Shown here: positions 13,901-25,790 of the stretch, one piece after another | How the letters are laid out: every line of letters begins with the position of its first letter | Position numbering within the stretch: the stretch's first letter is position 1 | NCBI RefSeq assembly: GCF_039654945.1 | Contig: NW_027361982.1 | Location: 6,014,001-6,078,000 of the forward strand | Direction of reading: 5' to 3' | Source of the DNA: Dendrobates tinctorius | Lineage: Eukaryota | Length of the DNA stretch: 64,000 nt | Translations under genes and position numbers: made by a program | Notes under the pieces: generated by a model | What the model was told of the DNA's origin: nothing | The model's input: only the letters and a program-made list of their open reading frames with translations | Database searches by the model: none

Positions 13901-16900
13901 CCGGCTCCTCGCGTCGCTCGCCTTCACAGCAGGAAGCTGACGACGAGAAGCGGTCCTGGACGTTCTCGCGCGATCAGCGATAACCATCGGGGGAGCCAGT
14001 CGTAGGTAAGTATCAGACACAGCGATATCGCTAGCAATATCGCTATAACATCACTAGTTATAGCGATATTGCTAGCAATATCTCTTAGTGCGACATGCCC
14101 TTAGGATACAGTCCGTCCATATTCGGCTGCTTAAAGGAAAGAGCTCTGAGCGTCAATAGGAGCATTTTTTGACCTCTGAATGTAAACAGTGGCCATTCAC
14201 TGACAGCAATAAGAGAGATTCGGAAAAAAGTACAATAAAAAGATGTAGAATGAGCCCTGTACACGGAAAACTGTCTAGTGATATCACATACTTGGAGGAA
14301 TTATCCTGAAAAGGTCTATGGTTTGACTTTCCCTATAATGTAGGAATAAGAGTTTTGTTTTTTGTTTTTTTTTTACCCTAAAGCTGCCCGGTCTTTTCTT
14401 GTGCCAACATGAGAGAAGAGCTGAGCTCTGTACACACTTATCTGTAGTAGTGACGGACACCTGTAAGACTACAACCCCCAGTTTCTAAAAAAAAAAAAAA
14501 GTCAAAAGTTCAAAATATGGTGAAAATATAAAAAAACTTTATTAATATACAAGTGGGTATGTGGTGGCTGAAAATAGACTGGCGCACACAGAATGTTAAA
14601 AATATCTCTAATGTTTGTGTGTGTGTGTGTGTGTGAGAGGTCGGGCCACATGACGTGGAGTCCCTGCTGACCTCCGGGTACTCGTACATCTGGATGCGTC
14701 ATCATTTACCAGGTCTCCAATGATTGGCTGCTGATGTTTTTAAACCCCCCCCCCCCCCCCCCCCGTCTCCGGTATGAAACTTCCCTCTGACGAAGGTATA
14801 AACCGAAACATGAGTCGGGGTGGACACCACACTATCTGATTGAACCTATGAAGGTATATTGATATCCTTTATACACTTGGTTTATGTGTGCTACACCATG
14901 TTTATTACATGCGATAACGGTCTATTATGAGCAGTTGTTCTGGCAGGTTCACTATACATACAATCTATCCCTATTAGATACACTTATACATCTTCTATGT
15001 CATTGGGATAGTGTTTTGTTAGATGGTCCATTGTGAGGCCACTACTTTATTGTATCGCCCTCAGCACCATTAATGTTGTTGCACAAGTTCTCCTTTTTCA
15101 TCTACGTCTTCACCAGTCAATATAGTAACATCATTTGTGAGTCAACTATTTTTCCAATTCCATTGTCCTCACACTTCCTATATTAGGGTTTTATTTTATT
15201 TTTTGTATCTTTATACAGTCTCAGTATTTGTGAGTCGACTCTATCTTCAGTTCCGTTGTCTGCATGTATTTTCATTCCGTCTGTATAGATGTATACCATT
15301 CCCTATACACCAGTCTGGGGTGCATGTTTGCACTGCTGTGTACATTGTGTGATCTGACCATCTAATTTAATTGTACTAGAGAGAGGACAATCTGCCTTCA
15401 TCCTAAACATCTCACTTTGGTGCAGACATTTACAATGCTGCCATTATAGCACACAATGAATATTTACATCAGGTGATTTGCATTTAGCACTTTATTATAG
15501 GATTTTTCTATTATAGGCATTATACATACAAATACTTTTTACTTTGAAGCTTCCACATGTATTTTTTTACTATTCATTTTATGTTTACATATATTTTTTT
15601 AACATTGTGTGCCTGTCTCCTTTCAGCTACCACATACCTACTTGTATATTTAATAAGATTTTTGGGTTTTTTTCGCCAATGACCTTTTTTATTTCTTTAG
15701 TTGTTTGGTATGTTCTCCCGGTTAGGTGTAAGGGTCCCGTCACACACAGCGATCTCTCTAGCAAGATCGCTGATTTTGTGACATGCCAGCGAGATCACTG
15801 TGTGTGACGGGGATCAGCGACTGGCCCCCCTGCCGGTTATCGCTGATCGTGCTCGAGCGGCCTGGGCCGTTTTTCGATCGCTGGTCTCCCGCTGCCCAGC
15901 GCAAATCGCTGCGTGTGACAGCGAGCGACCAGCGATCAGCGACGCTGGACACTGGTTACTAATGTAAACATCGGGTATCCAGGAGCATCACGGCTCCTGG
16001 ATACCCGCTGTTTACCTTGGAAACCAGCGTGTACGCCGGTTTCCAAGGTAAACAGCGGGTATCCAGGAGTCAGTTACATTGGAAACCAGCGTCCAGCGTC
16101 GCTGGTCCTGATCGCTGGGGCTGTCTATGTGGTGGGATCGCTGGGACATTGTTTAGTGTAACGGGGGCGTAATCCATTTATATTCATGCGATCTACGTGT
16201 ATTTTCACTTTATGCGGTAGTGACAGACCTATGTAATTCGCCATCATATGATACGCATTTTCTCTCCGTGTTTTCCCTGTTCCCTCTGCATAACCCTCAG
16301 TTTCTGCAGTATTCCTGCACATCCTCGTAGATTATTCCTATTATATCTAGATCCCGGTGTGATTTTTATTCCAGAGCTCCACAGGATTCCTTCAGTATTT
16401 GGACGTCTCCGTCGGAAAAGAAATCGCAGCCACTTGTGTGAAAGCCGGAAGACTGAACGTCATGTGCCAGAACCCGTACAACGCCGTCATCCACCTCGGC
16501 CATCACAACGGTATTGTATCACCCCTGTGCCCAATCACTTTGAGTGTAATGAAACTTTCTGATGTATTTATCTTTACTGACGCAGAGAGATCTTTGCTGC
16601 CTGGCAATGAATTGGGACCTGCTCATCTACCTACTGAGGCATTTCTTCTTAGGCTAGTTTCACACTAGTGTTTATTCCACGCAGCGCACGGCGCCGCTAA
16701 GCCCCGCCCCCTGCCGGCTCCCTGCCCGCCCCATCCGGTCATCGCCGCCTACTATCGCACATGGACGCTTGCGATCTGCGCACCCTATCTTTAGGCCTGC
16801 GTCCTCAGTAATAAAGATAGGGGACGCATGCAGCGTCATGCGCCCGGAGGCGGAGCTACCGGCGGATGCACGGCAGGGGGCGGGGCTTAGTGGCGGTCGT

Positions 16901-19312
16901 GCGCAGGCCGATGCTGCGGCCTTTAGCGCAAATGTGAAACCGGCCTTAGCATAGGGTGCGCAGATCGTGCGCTAGTAGGATTTTGGCGTGCGCTGCGCAC
17001 TTTTGAAGGTGCGCCGAAATGCAACATGCTGCGTTCGGCGCACACGCGCAAGCGTCCATGTGCGATAGTAGGCGGCGATGACCGGATGGGGCGGGCAGGG
17101 AGCCGGCAGGGGGCGGGGCTTAGCGGCGCCGTGCACTGCGTGGAATAAACGCTAGTGTGAAACTAGCCTTATATGCATTTATTTTGGGCTAGAAATAATT
17201 TGCAATCTGGTTGCATTGTACTCTCCATAACAGGGACCGCCTCACTCTGGAGCCCGACTATTAAGGAGCCTCTAGTGAAGATGTTGTGTCATAATGGAGC
17301 CGTCCGAGCCCTGAGCATCGACAAGACTGGGATGTAGGTGGAAGCTACCCGTTTTCCTGACAACCCTCCCACCTTGTGCTGCTTAATACGACAATTTCCT
17401 TTTTTCTCGGACAGGTATATGGCATCTTCAGGCACAGACAGGAAAATGACAATCTATGACCTCCGAACCTACCGTCCTCTGCAGTCGTGTCTCCTACCCC
17501 TTGGTGCAGGGTCTCTGTGCCATAGTCAGAGAGGACTGCTGGCTGCGGGAATTGGTAATGTGGTGCAGGTAAGTTAATGAATCTTAAAGGGGTGCTCCTA
17601 CGTTGTCACAGATATGGTTTATCCCCAGGAGCCTGCCTGGCAGCTTCGGAACCTCTTTTCCAATGAGTTGGGTCTTCTCATCGTTCATCCATAAGATATC
17701 CATGCAGCTTGCCATCCTAATCCCTGGTTCCTGGCACCCCGGTCACATTGCCACCAGTCCTTTCTTATTTTTTCCCTGTTATTTTATTGGTTGTATATTG
17801 TAAAAACATTTTGCAGAGAAAAAAAGTAAAAAATGTTCTGCTTCTCAGGCGTCAGTGTGACTTGTGTTGTGACTGATTATAATCTGATTTTCCTCAGGTT
17901 TATAAGGACACGCACCTCTCTGCTCCGCGCTCCCCGTACATGTGTCTCTCGGTGAAGGCTCCGATCCATGGGCTGCAGTTCTGCCCCTATGAAGATGTCC
18001 TGGGTATCGGACATGGAGGAGGCTTCACCAGCATGATTGTGCCAGGTCAGAGTCCTCTCTTCATCTCAGTCTTTTGACTTCGCACTATATCTCTTGCATC
18101 CTAAGAATCTTCCACTAATTTCTTACAGGTGCGGGAGAAGCAAACTTTGATGGTCTGGAGTGTAACCCATATGAAACCAAGAAGCAGCGACAGGAATGGG
18201 AGGTCAAGGCTCTGCTGGAAAAGGTAACGCCCTGGGAGCGTGGAAGAACCTCCTTCTGTGAGGATTAGGGTCACATTGCCTTCGTACATCCATGGTCTTA
18301 GCGAGCCCCTTACTGACAAGCTTTCATTACATCCCTCCTTATCCTTCAGATTCAACCTGAGCTCATCACTTTGGATCCCACTCAGCTTGGAGAGGTCGAT
18401 AACATCACTATGGAGCAGAAGCGCAAGGAACAAGTGGAACGCATGGTAAGACTCCGCTTTATCCCCTCAAGGCCTTCTCCATTGTAGACACGTTACGTAA
18501 CATGCGGCCACATAGCATTAACCCCCCGTTTCCATGGTCTTCAGCCTTGTTTCCCTCTACTTATACAGACTATATTGTGTATACAGGTAATGGCCTCTAA
18601 TTGCAGATGATGGAACATGACCCCCGATATCCTCCATCTACCCCTCTTCATACAACACTTGGACGGCGTCTATTCTCCTGCACACCTGTCTTACATCATT
18701 TCTTTCCTCAGGGCTTTGATCCTTATGAGAAGACTCGCTTTGCTCCTCGCCGTAAACTAAAAGGTCGGAGTTCAACGGGGAATGTGCTGAAGCGAAAGAA
18801 GAAAGTGGCGATCCAGGAGAAGAGGGTGAGTGTTGCTGTCTGGCAGCATTGTATGTATCGGCCACAGGCTCCGCTTATTTGCTGCCTTCATACATCATGG
18901 ACTCCTCCAGCATCATTCTATGGAGCAACCCCCGATGTCCCGCTGAGAAGTCACTGGGGTCCTATGCTTTGTCTCCTATGAGCCAGAAGCTGCTCTGGAC
19001 GATCAGTCCTGGCCTCTCGTACACATAGGATACGGCTGCTCCTGACTGTCCATTACTACTGTTTCCAGCAGCTGGGTGCCCGCTTATATAATACAATTTA
19101 TTTTTCTATATATTATTTCTCAATCATTGCAGAGGAAAAAAAAAACTTTGCTTGCAAATTTTTCATCTCCATCTGGTAACTTTCCTGTTGTTCTGTCTTC
19201 ACAGGCCGAGATCAAAAAGAGTATAGAGGAACGAGAGACGGCAAAAAGCAACAGCGATGCGACAGAAGTCCAGCATGGGCCGAGGTCCACCCTGGACAGA
19301 TTCAAGAAGTAA
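690..19312 (+). CDS. WDR46: WD repeat-containing protein 46 (Utp7/BING4 homolog, SSU processome), 16 coding exons, about 574 aa
   Basis: Manually spliced, phase-consistent exons: 690-716, 10485-10631, 11470-11550, 11740-11852, 12454-12541, 12630-12691, 12775-12879, 13404-13554, 16375-16510, 17234-17333, 17415-17568, 17898-18045, 18129-18223, 18350-18445, 18712-18825, 19205-19312 (1725 nt). Translation contains recognisable WDR46 motifs: [99 protein letters not shown]. Exon 1 (MATSKPPKR) and the exon 2 donor are less certain. Confidence 0.95.
1850..4050. repeat. About 6 tandem copies of a ~375-390 bp unit inside the piggyBac-like element
   Basis: AAGGGTA(A/C)CAGGA recurs near 1908, 2300, 2675, 3049, 3439 and 3827. 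Units at about 2290 and 2664 give nearly identical spurious ORFs. Confidence 0.9.
4132..4510. mobile_element. PIF/Harbinger-type MITE inside telomere-like CCCTAA repeats
   Basis: TIR GGCTGTGTGCACA..TGTGCACACAGCC flanked by TAA/TTA; many internal TGCGGA/TCCGCA motifs. Confidence 0.75.
5503..6073 (+). mobile_element. 5'-truncated L2-clade LINE 3' end inserted into the piggyBac-like element
   Basis: Encodes an L2 ORF2 C-terminus ([45 protein letters not shown]) and ends in AATAAA plus (ATT)n. Absent at the equivalent site (about 60430) in copy 2. Confidence 0.85.
6684..9500 (-). mobile_element. 5'-truncated L2-clade LINE with frameshifted reverse transcriptase
   Basis: ORFs 8470-9501 and 7839-8549 contain [41 protein letters not shown] and [10 protein letters not shown]. 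(ATT)n tail at 6684-6700. Same 3' terminus as the 5503-6073 fragment. Confidence 0.9.
6899..7500 (-). mobile_element. Non-autonomous Helitron inserted in the L2 3' UTR
   Basis: Minus strand starts TC plus (TA)n and ends CTAG (6899-6902), between host A and T. 7-bp stem hairpin CCCGATG/CATCGGG (6910-6929) lies just inside the 3' end. Internal GC-rich repeats. Confidence 0.7.
13718..14100. mobile_element. Harbinger-type MITE
   Basis: TAA|AGGTACTGTCACACT ... AGTGCGACATGCCC|TTA with internal AGCGAT/ATCGCT palindromic motifs. Confidence 0.65.
14500..15690 (+). mobile_element. Penelope-like element remnant with inverted terminal segments
   Basis: 14540-14605 is the reverse complement of about 15590-15652. 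Contains CCAAT/TATA-like motifs followed by a minimal hammerhead motif, an arrangement typical of Penelope pLTRs. Confidence 0.6.
14783..14820 (+). ncRNA. Minimal type I hammerhead ribozyme motif (Penelope-type)
   Basis: ccct-CTGACGA-a-ggt-ataa-acc-GAAA-c-atga-g-TC-gggg: intact core CUGANGA/GAAA/UH, 3-bp stem II, 2-bp stem III, 4-bp stem I. Predicted cleavage after C14816. Confidence 0.7.
15732..16169. mobile_element. Harbinger-type MITE
   Basis: TAA|GGGTCCCGTCACAC ... GTGTAACGGGGGC, with the same AGCGAT-rich interior as 13718-14100 and 26297-27228. Confidence 0.6.
16652..17168. mobile_element. Harbinger-type MITE with long TIRs
   Basis: TTA|GGCTAGTTTCACACTAG ... CTAGTGTGAAACTAGCC|TTA; the first ~120 bp are nearly perfectly inverted at the other end. 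Confidence 0.8.
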
Positions 19313-19679
19313 CGGCCGCCCTCCCCCCATGTCTGCTGAGGATGCCTTACTGTCTGGGGTTAGGTGGGAATGTGGTCATTCCCCCAAAGAACTAATTATG
19401 ACTTTACTGTTCAGAGACTCTGTGAGAAGATCTAATAGATGAAGTTTCACTATCCCCTCTGTATATATATTTGATATTCATCATTCTGGGCTGCACAGAA
19501 ATTTGGGGACAAAAAGAATATGGAAAAATGTTTAATTAGATAGGTAATAAATACATGACAAGATACAGCACAAGATACAGAGACCATGATTAATGTAAGA
19601 CAGTAGTACCTAGGTAATAAATACATGACAAAACACAAGATACAGAGACCATGATTAATGTAAGACAGTACCTGGTGTA

Positions 19680-20480
19680 TAAGAAACCTTACTGATCCCT
19701 GATCGATCTCACGTGAAATAATAGAAACCTTGCTGGACCCAGAATGACCCCACAGGGAGTGATGGCAACCTCTCAAATCTCATACCAACATCATGTGGAA
19801 TAATAGAAACCTTACTGATCCCATACAAACCCCACGTGGAATAATAGAAACCTTATCAGACCTGGAACGACACCACAGGGAGTAATAATATCAACCTTTC
19901 ATTTCTCTTTCCAACCCCATGTGGAATAATGGAAACCATACTGATCCTGTATCGACCCCACACAGGAAGTACGGTAATTTAAATATCATACCTATCCCAT
20001 GAGCAATAACAAGAAACTTTACTGATCCCATATTGACCTCATGTGAAATAAAATAAACCTTACCAAACTGGAATGACCCTGTAGGGAGTAATATAAACCT
20101 CCCAAATATCATACCAACCCCACATGCAATAATAGAAATCTTATTGATGCTGTATTGACCCCTTGTGGACTAAAAGAAACCTTACTGATCCCCACACAGA
20201 CCCCGCGTGAAGTAATAGAAACCTTACTGATCCCACACAGACCCCGCGTGAAATAATAGAAACCTTACTGATCCCACACAGACCCCGCGTGAAATAATAG
20301 AAACCTTACTGATCCCACACAGACCCCGCGTGAAATAATAGAAACCTTACTGATCCCACAGACCCCGCGTGAAGTAATAGAAACCTTACTGATCCCACAC
20401 AGACCCCACGTGGAATAATTTAACCCTCCCAAACCTCAAAGCAACTCTATGAGAAATAGTAGAAACCTTACTAACTTTGT
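19680..20480. repeat. 41-bp minisatellite downstream of WDR46
   Basis: Unit AATAATAGAAACCTTACTGATCCCACACAGACCCCGCGTGA; near-perfect at 20170-20415, degenerate outward. Confidence 0.9.
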
Positions 20481-21249
20481 ACCAACCACACAAGGGGTGT
20501 GTACACCTCCCAAAGCCTGGACGAAAGAAACGATATATTTTCATCAGTGCAGAACACAAAAGTAGGAGAATATAACCCGACAGCAAGAGGAGCGGCTGCC
20601 ATGTGGATAATGCACTGATCGTGGGGTGTTATTCCTTCACCTCTGAAATCTCTACATATTTTTATAAGCACATTAAATGCACATAAGAGTTTTTATAGAT
20701 TTTTTTTTTTTGTCCCATTGCAAAACATATACATAATTTTGTAGTAAACTGGTAGCAGTACCCAATGCTTCGAGTCACTGGGGCTGATCATTAATACATT
20801 ACTCTGAACATGCGACAGGTTTGATGAATTTGGCGATTGTTAAAAATTGTGTCCAAATCCAATGAGTTACTGTCCATGTGGTGGTCACTCCAGACCCCAC
20901 AGAATAACATTGCTGAAATTAAACAGACGCTCTTTGTAAAAATTGTGACCTCATTGATATGTTCAGACCCAATATCATATATCATAATAAAAGCAGAATG
21001 ATTCTGTACGGCACAATATCAGCACTATACAGACCCGCATAAGACGTCCACAGATCACAGGGAGGAGAGAAATCCTCCATTATCACCAGACAATAGCTGA
21101 AGATTTGTTCACATGGCTCCATAACAAGTGGAAATCTTGTATTGGAAAACAGTGTGATGTGACAGTCATCATGTGCCCTGACAGCAAATGGGGGGGACTA
21201 TAAAACATGGTGGGCACACATACTAAAGAGGTATTCTCAAGTTTGAAAG

Positions 21250-21490
21250 GTAACATTTAAGGTTGAAGGAAGACTTTACGTCCATCTAGTTCAACCCATA
21301 GCCTAACATGTTGATCCAGAGGAAGGCAAAAAACCCATGCGACAAACACTAAGCTCCAAATTGAGGGAAAAAAAAATTCTTGACTCCATATATGGCAATC
21401 AGACTAGTTCCCTGGATCAACCCCCCTATCAAGGAATCTAGTATATATAACCTGTAACATTATACTTTTCTAGAAAGGCATCCAGTCCCT
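21250..21490 (-). mobile_element. CR1-type LINE 3' end fragment
   Basis: AAGGTTGAAGGAAGAC..GTCCATCTAGTTCAACC terminal stem-loop motif, recalled as typical of amphibian CR1 3' ends. Confidence 0.55.
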
Positions 21491-21688
21491 TCGTTCCGAT
21501 CTCTGGGAACGCCACAAATCCCTAGAATCGGGGCTGTAAAGAGCCTTGGGTGAATGGAGCGGTCGTCGATCGTGTGCACCATGGTTATGGAAGTGCTGAA
21601 GACCAGCCGCTTGACTATCTCCAGCGGTCCCTTTTCCCTTCAAGTGTCTGTGTACCAAACAGTGCAGCAGCAGCTGTGTGCACCAACA

Positions 21689-23404
21689 TAGTCATAGCCA
21701 AAAATGTTGGCACCCTTGAAATTGTTCCACAAAATTTAGTATTTTCCTAGAAAATTATTGCAATTACACGCGTTTATTTCCTGTGTGTATATTGGAACAA
21801 AAAAAAAAGGAAATTGGATGTAATTTCACACCCAAAAATGGGCCAGATAAAATTGTTGGCACCCTGTACTTATTATCTGGTTCCACACCCTAAGCCGCTC
21901 TGCTTGCAGGTGGTCAGTTCCCCCCTCACCACTGGACAATCCACTGGGAACACTTGCGACTGCTTCAGCCTCCTGTGTGCAAAACAGGTGAGAGGGGAAC
22001 TTAAAGGGCACGCTCCAGACCTGCTGCACAGGGGATTTAACATCTATGCCCCAGGGAGAAGTTAGTATCCAGAATCCCCAGGGACTGTAGGTCTCCCTCC
22101 AAGGACAGCGGGAAGGGAGGTTCTGCCTTTAAAATCTGTAGATTTCCTGTCCTTGAGGGAGGATCCTCTCTCTCATATGGTGCTGTCATGCAGATGGGAA
22201 AAACTGCAATCACTTCCTATAACTTCCACAAGCTTTTTACACCTCTCAGCTGGAATTTTGGACCACTCTTCATTTGCAAAATGCTCCAGGTGTCTCATGA
22301 AGGTGCCTTCTCCCAACAGCAATTTTATGATCTCTCCCCAGGTGTTCAATGGGGTTTAGACCCGAACTCACTGACGCCACTTCAGAACTCTCCAGCGCTT
22401 TGTTTCCATCCATTTCTGGGGACTTCTTGATGCATGTTTGGGGTCATTGTCCAGCTGGTAAACCAATAAACTAAGATGTAAACCCAGCTTTCTGACACTG
22501 CACAGTCAAGGCATCCAGCACCTGCAGCAGCAAAAACTCAAAACATCTTTGAACCTCCACCATATTTGACTGTAGGTGCTGTGTTCTTTTCTATGTAGGC
22601 CTCATTCCGCTTTTTGTAAACAAGAGATTGATGTGCATTATCAAAAAGCTCTCTTTCATGTGTCCACAAGACGCTTTCCCTGAAGTTTAGCTTACTCGCA
22701 CACATTTTTATGTCTCTGTCAGCAGCGGGGTCCTCCTGGGTCTCCTGCCAAAGCATTTCATTTAATTCACATGTGGACGGATAGTTTACTCTGACACTGA
22801 TGCCCCCTAAGCCTACAGGACAGTTTGAATTTCTTTGGCGCTTGATTGGGGCTTATCCACCATCCAGAACATCCTGCTTTGCAACCATTCATCAATTTTT
22901 CTGTTGCGGACCATAGACAAAGAAACCTCAAGATCTCTGGAGATGAACTTGTAATCTTGAGTGTTCATATTTTCCAACAATTTGGTTTCTCAAGTCTTCA
23001 GACAGTTCTCTTTTCCTCTTTCTGTTCTCCATGCTTAGTGTTGCACACACAGGCACATAATGCAAAGATTGAGTCAACTTCTCCCCTTTTTATCTGGTTT
23101 CAAGCGTGATTTTCATATTGCCCTCACCTGTTGCTTGCCACAGGTGAGTTTGAATGAGCATCACATGCTTGAAAAAGTTGTTTACCCAAAATTTTGGAAA
23201 GGTGCCAAAAATTTTGTTCGACCCATTTTGGAGGTTTTGTGTGGAATTATGTCCGATTTGCCTTTTGTTTTCACTGTTATGTTCCAATACACACAAAGGA
23301 AATAAACATGTATAAAGAAAACGTGTAACTACAATAATTTTCTGGGAGAAATACTTCATTTTCTGGGACAATTTCAAGGGTGTCAACACTTTTGACCATG
23401 ACTG
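21689..23404 (-). mobile_element. Decayed Tc1/mariner transposon with an internal ~300-bp insertion (about 21890-22195)
   Basis: Long TIRs (AGTCATAGCCAAAAATGTTGGCACCCTTGAAATTG / CAATTTCAAGGGTGTCAACACTTTTGACCATGACTG). Minus-strand transposase remnants (PTVKYGGGSKMF). Confidence 0.8.
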
Positions 23405-24314
23405 AATAAGTATAATCAACAGCAATAATGCAGGTTATATTTCTCACATCCGATGAACGCAGACAGCTCATGGTGGCTGCTGCGCTCTCTGGTTTGCACA
23501 GATTACAGGCACAGCGGGTGGCACTTGTTCACATTTGCTTTTTCTGTTTGGAGGTGCTGTGCAGTATAGGTTTTTGTCCCTTCGAACCTCTGGACTCATA
23601 TTTTGTTCTGATGCTCGCTGCCTTTCTGTTATTACTGTTTTACCCCCATGCATCACTCAATATTCACAAACCACAGATTTGTTGCAAATGTTTCTGTAAC
23701 TGATGGGTGAATTTGGTGGCAGAGTGTGGCTTTCTGGAGTAAATCTGCTGTGTGTGAACACAGCCTCTATATAATCCACTGATCTCTGCCAGTACATCAA
23801 TGTATCCCTAAATGTACAATTACTCAGTGCGAGTACCTGCCGGCGTGTGCACCCGGATACATGTACCACACGTCAAGAACCTCAGCTATAGTTTCAGGAG
23901 GGGGCCGTAATGTATATGTCACAGACAATCCATTGATGAACCCACATGCACATTTAGATGAGTTTCTTAGGGGGATCTCACCCTTTGCGCTGCAATAAAT
24001 CAGTTACAAATCTAGATCCAAGTCTGTGGGTAAGATGTGGATTTTGTGGCCGATTTGTCCATGGCATAAAGTGACAGTGTGTAAATCCAGAGTTACATTA
24101 TCAGTGCTTTGAGAAGTTGATAAAAATAGTTGTGAACGCAGCTAATCAGTATTACATGTAGATATGGTGACCGGAGGTCCAGGAGCCAGCCTTAGCAGAG
24201 GTAAATTCACTCCGTGTGCCACCGTACTACTGAGGTATCCTGAAAATTAACTATAACATCAAATCCAATGAAGCATGATCAAGAATTCTGCTCCCTCCAG
24301 ATAAGGGTCCGTCC

Positions 24315-25373
24315 TCAGTGAACCCCATCTCCTCCCTGCTCCACAAGCTGCCCAAATAATCGGCAGTACAGCAATGCCAGCGAGGGGCACCAGTGGCTCT
24401 CTGCCCCCTTCAGCATATTCCATGCCTCCTGCATGCCCTTCGGCGTCATCCCATGAGAGTTGAACATGGTTCGATAGCAGCAAGTGCTGTGTGGCACGGA
24501 CATGGATCCTGACATTTTTGCAACATGTCTGGGAGCGATTCCAGCCGCATAGGCCAAGATTCCAACATACACATCCTCCACTGCCAGCCACGGGCCACTC
24601 CTGACCTGCTCCAGGAGGAGAGCAGCGGTTTTGTAAGACAAGATGTAGCCGGTGCCACTGCAGTAAGGAGGGAAATAGTTACCTCCATACAATTCTTCCG
24701 ACACGTAATGCCGACTGTCGGGGTCCCGGTATGGGCTCACGTGCCAGTGCAGCCGCCCCATGTACTGGAGACCACTCGCCCTTCTTAAGAACTGAGTCAG
24801 AAGCAATGTGTTGACAAAAACGTCGTCGTCGGTCTTGAGTAGGTACTTGGTGCCGTGGCATTTCTCCAGTCCCCACGTAAGCCCTGTGATGGTTTTTAGC
24901 GTCAGGTTCCGGTAGGAGTCTGTGAAGTTGGCTTGGATGATGTCTCTGTGCGTCACCGCCTCATGTATCAAAGCTGCCCTTTCATCCAGTGACTTGGGTA
25001 TGGCCAGGACGAAGAGCGTGAGGGAAGAAGAGGCGGTGGAAGAAGTGAGGCTCCCCCACGTCTGACGGATCGCATCCCTTCGGTCTCTATGGGAGGGTGC
25101 ACTGGACACCAAGATCAGTAGAAATGGAGGTGAGGAGCAGGCACTGGCAGGAGAAAGTAAGAATGGGGGAATGGGAACGTTCAAAACTCGAGGAGCAGAC
25201 ACATGAAAAGGTGTGGAGTAAAAGATGGAAAGAAACCAAGAGAGTAACTCTTCCAGATATCCTGAGACACTGAGGAAAAAGATCAGAGAGAGTACAAAAA
25301 AAATAAGCGGCCAACGGTGGTGCCGGCGGTGGATGAACAGCAAGCGAAGGAAGGCGACATTACACGGTAACAT
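24315..25373 (-). CDS. B3GALT4: Beta-1,3-galactosyltransferase 4 (GM1/GD1b synthase), GT31 family, single coding exon, 352 aa
   Basis: Intact ATG-initiated ORF with an N-terminal TM segment, PPFLLILVSSAP..R.AIRQTWG, DSYRNLTLKT, KTDDDVFVN (DxD), PPYCSGTGY and EDVYVG. Tail-to-tail with WDR46, as in the human extended MHC II region. Confidence 0.93.
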   Translation of the reverse strand: MLPCNVAFLRLLFIHRRHHRWPLIFFVLSLIFFLSVSGYLEELLSWFLSIFYSTPFHVSAPRVLNVPIPPFLLSPASACSSPPFLLILVSSAPSHRDRRDAIRQTWGSLTSSTASSSLTLFVLAIPKSLDERAALIHEAVTHRDIIQANFTDSYRNLTLKTITGLTWGLEKCHGTKYLLKTDDDVFVNTLLLTQFLRRASGLQYMGRLHWHVSPYRDPDSRHYVSEELYGGNYFPPYCSGTGYILSYKTAALLLEQVRSGPWLAVEDVYVGILAYAAGIAPRHVAKMSGSMSVPHSTCCYRTMFNSHGMTPKGMQEAWNMLKGAESHWCPSLALLYCRLFGQLVEQGGDGVH

Positions 25374-25459
25374 GATGGAGTCTTCTCAGATATCACAGAT
25401 CAAATGTGGAATAATTATTACTGCCACATGGTGCAGCCGAGGTCATCACCCTGCAAGAG

Positions 25460-25790
25460 CAGAGCCCAGAAGACGTCCTCATCTAGTGATAGCGGAGCCC
25501 AGGAGACGTCTTCATGTAGTGATAGCAGAGCCCAGGAGATATCTTCAACTAGTGATAGGTGAGCCCAGGAAATGTCCTCATGTAGTGATAGAGCACAGGA
25601 GACGTCTTCAGCCAGTGATAGTGGAGCCAAGAGAAGTCTTTATCTAGTGTTCGTGGGGCCCAAGAGATGTTTCCCATCTAGTGATGGCAAAGCCCAGGAT
25701 ATGTCCTCAGCCATAGATAGCGGAGCCCAGATAAATCCTCATCTAGTGATAGCGGAGCCCAGGAGAGGTCCTCATCTAGTGATAACGGAG
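25460..25790. repeat. 33-bp minisatellite (about 10 units) in the predicted B3GALT4 5' UTR
   Basis: Unit AGCCCAGGAGACGTCCTCATCTAGTGATAGCGG, lying between the minus-strand acceptor (CTAAC..TTTTTCAG|, exon starts 25852) and the ATG at 25373. Confidence 0.85.

Noticed and set aside
25225-25647. 140-aa plus-strand ORF with 11-aa repeats
   Set aside because: Antisense to B3GALT4 and explained by the 33-bp repeat.
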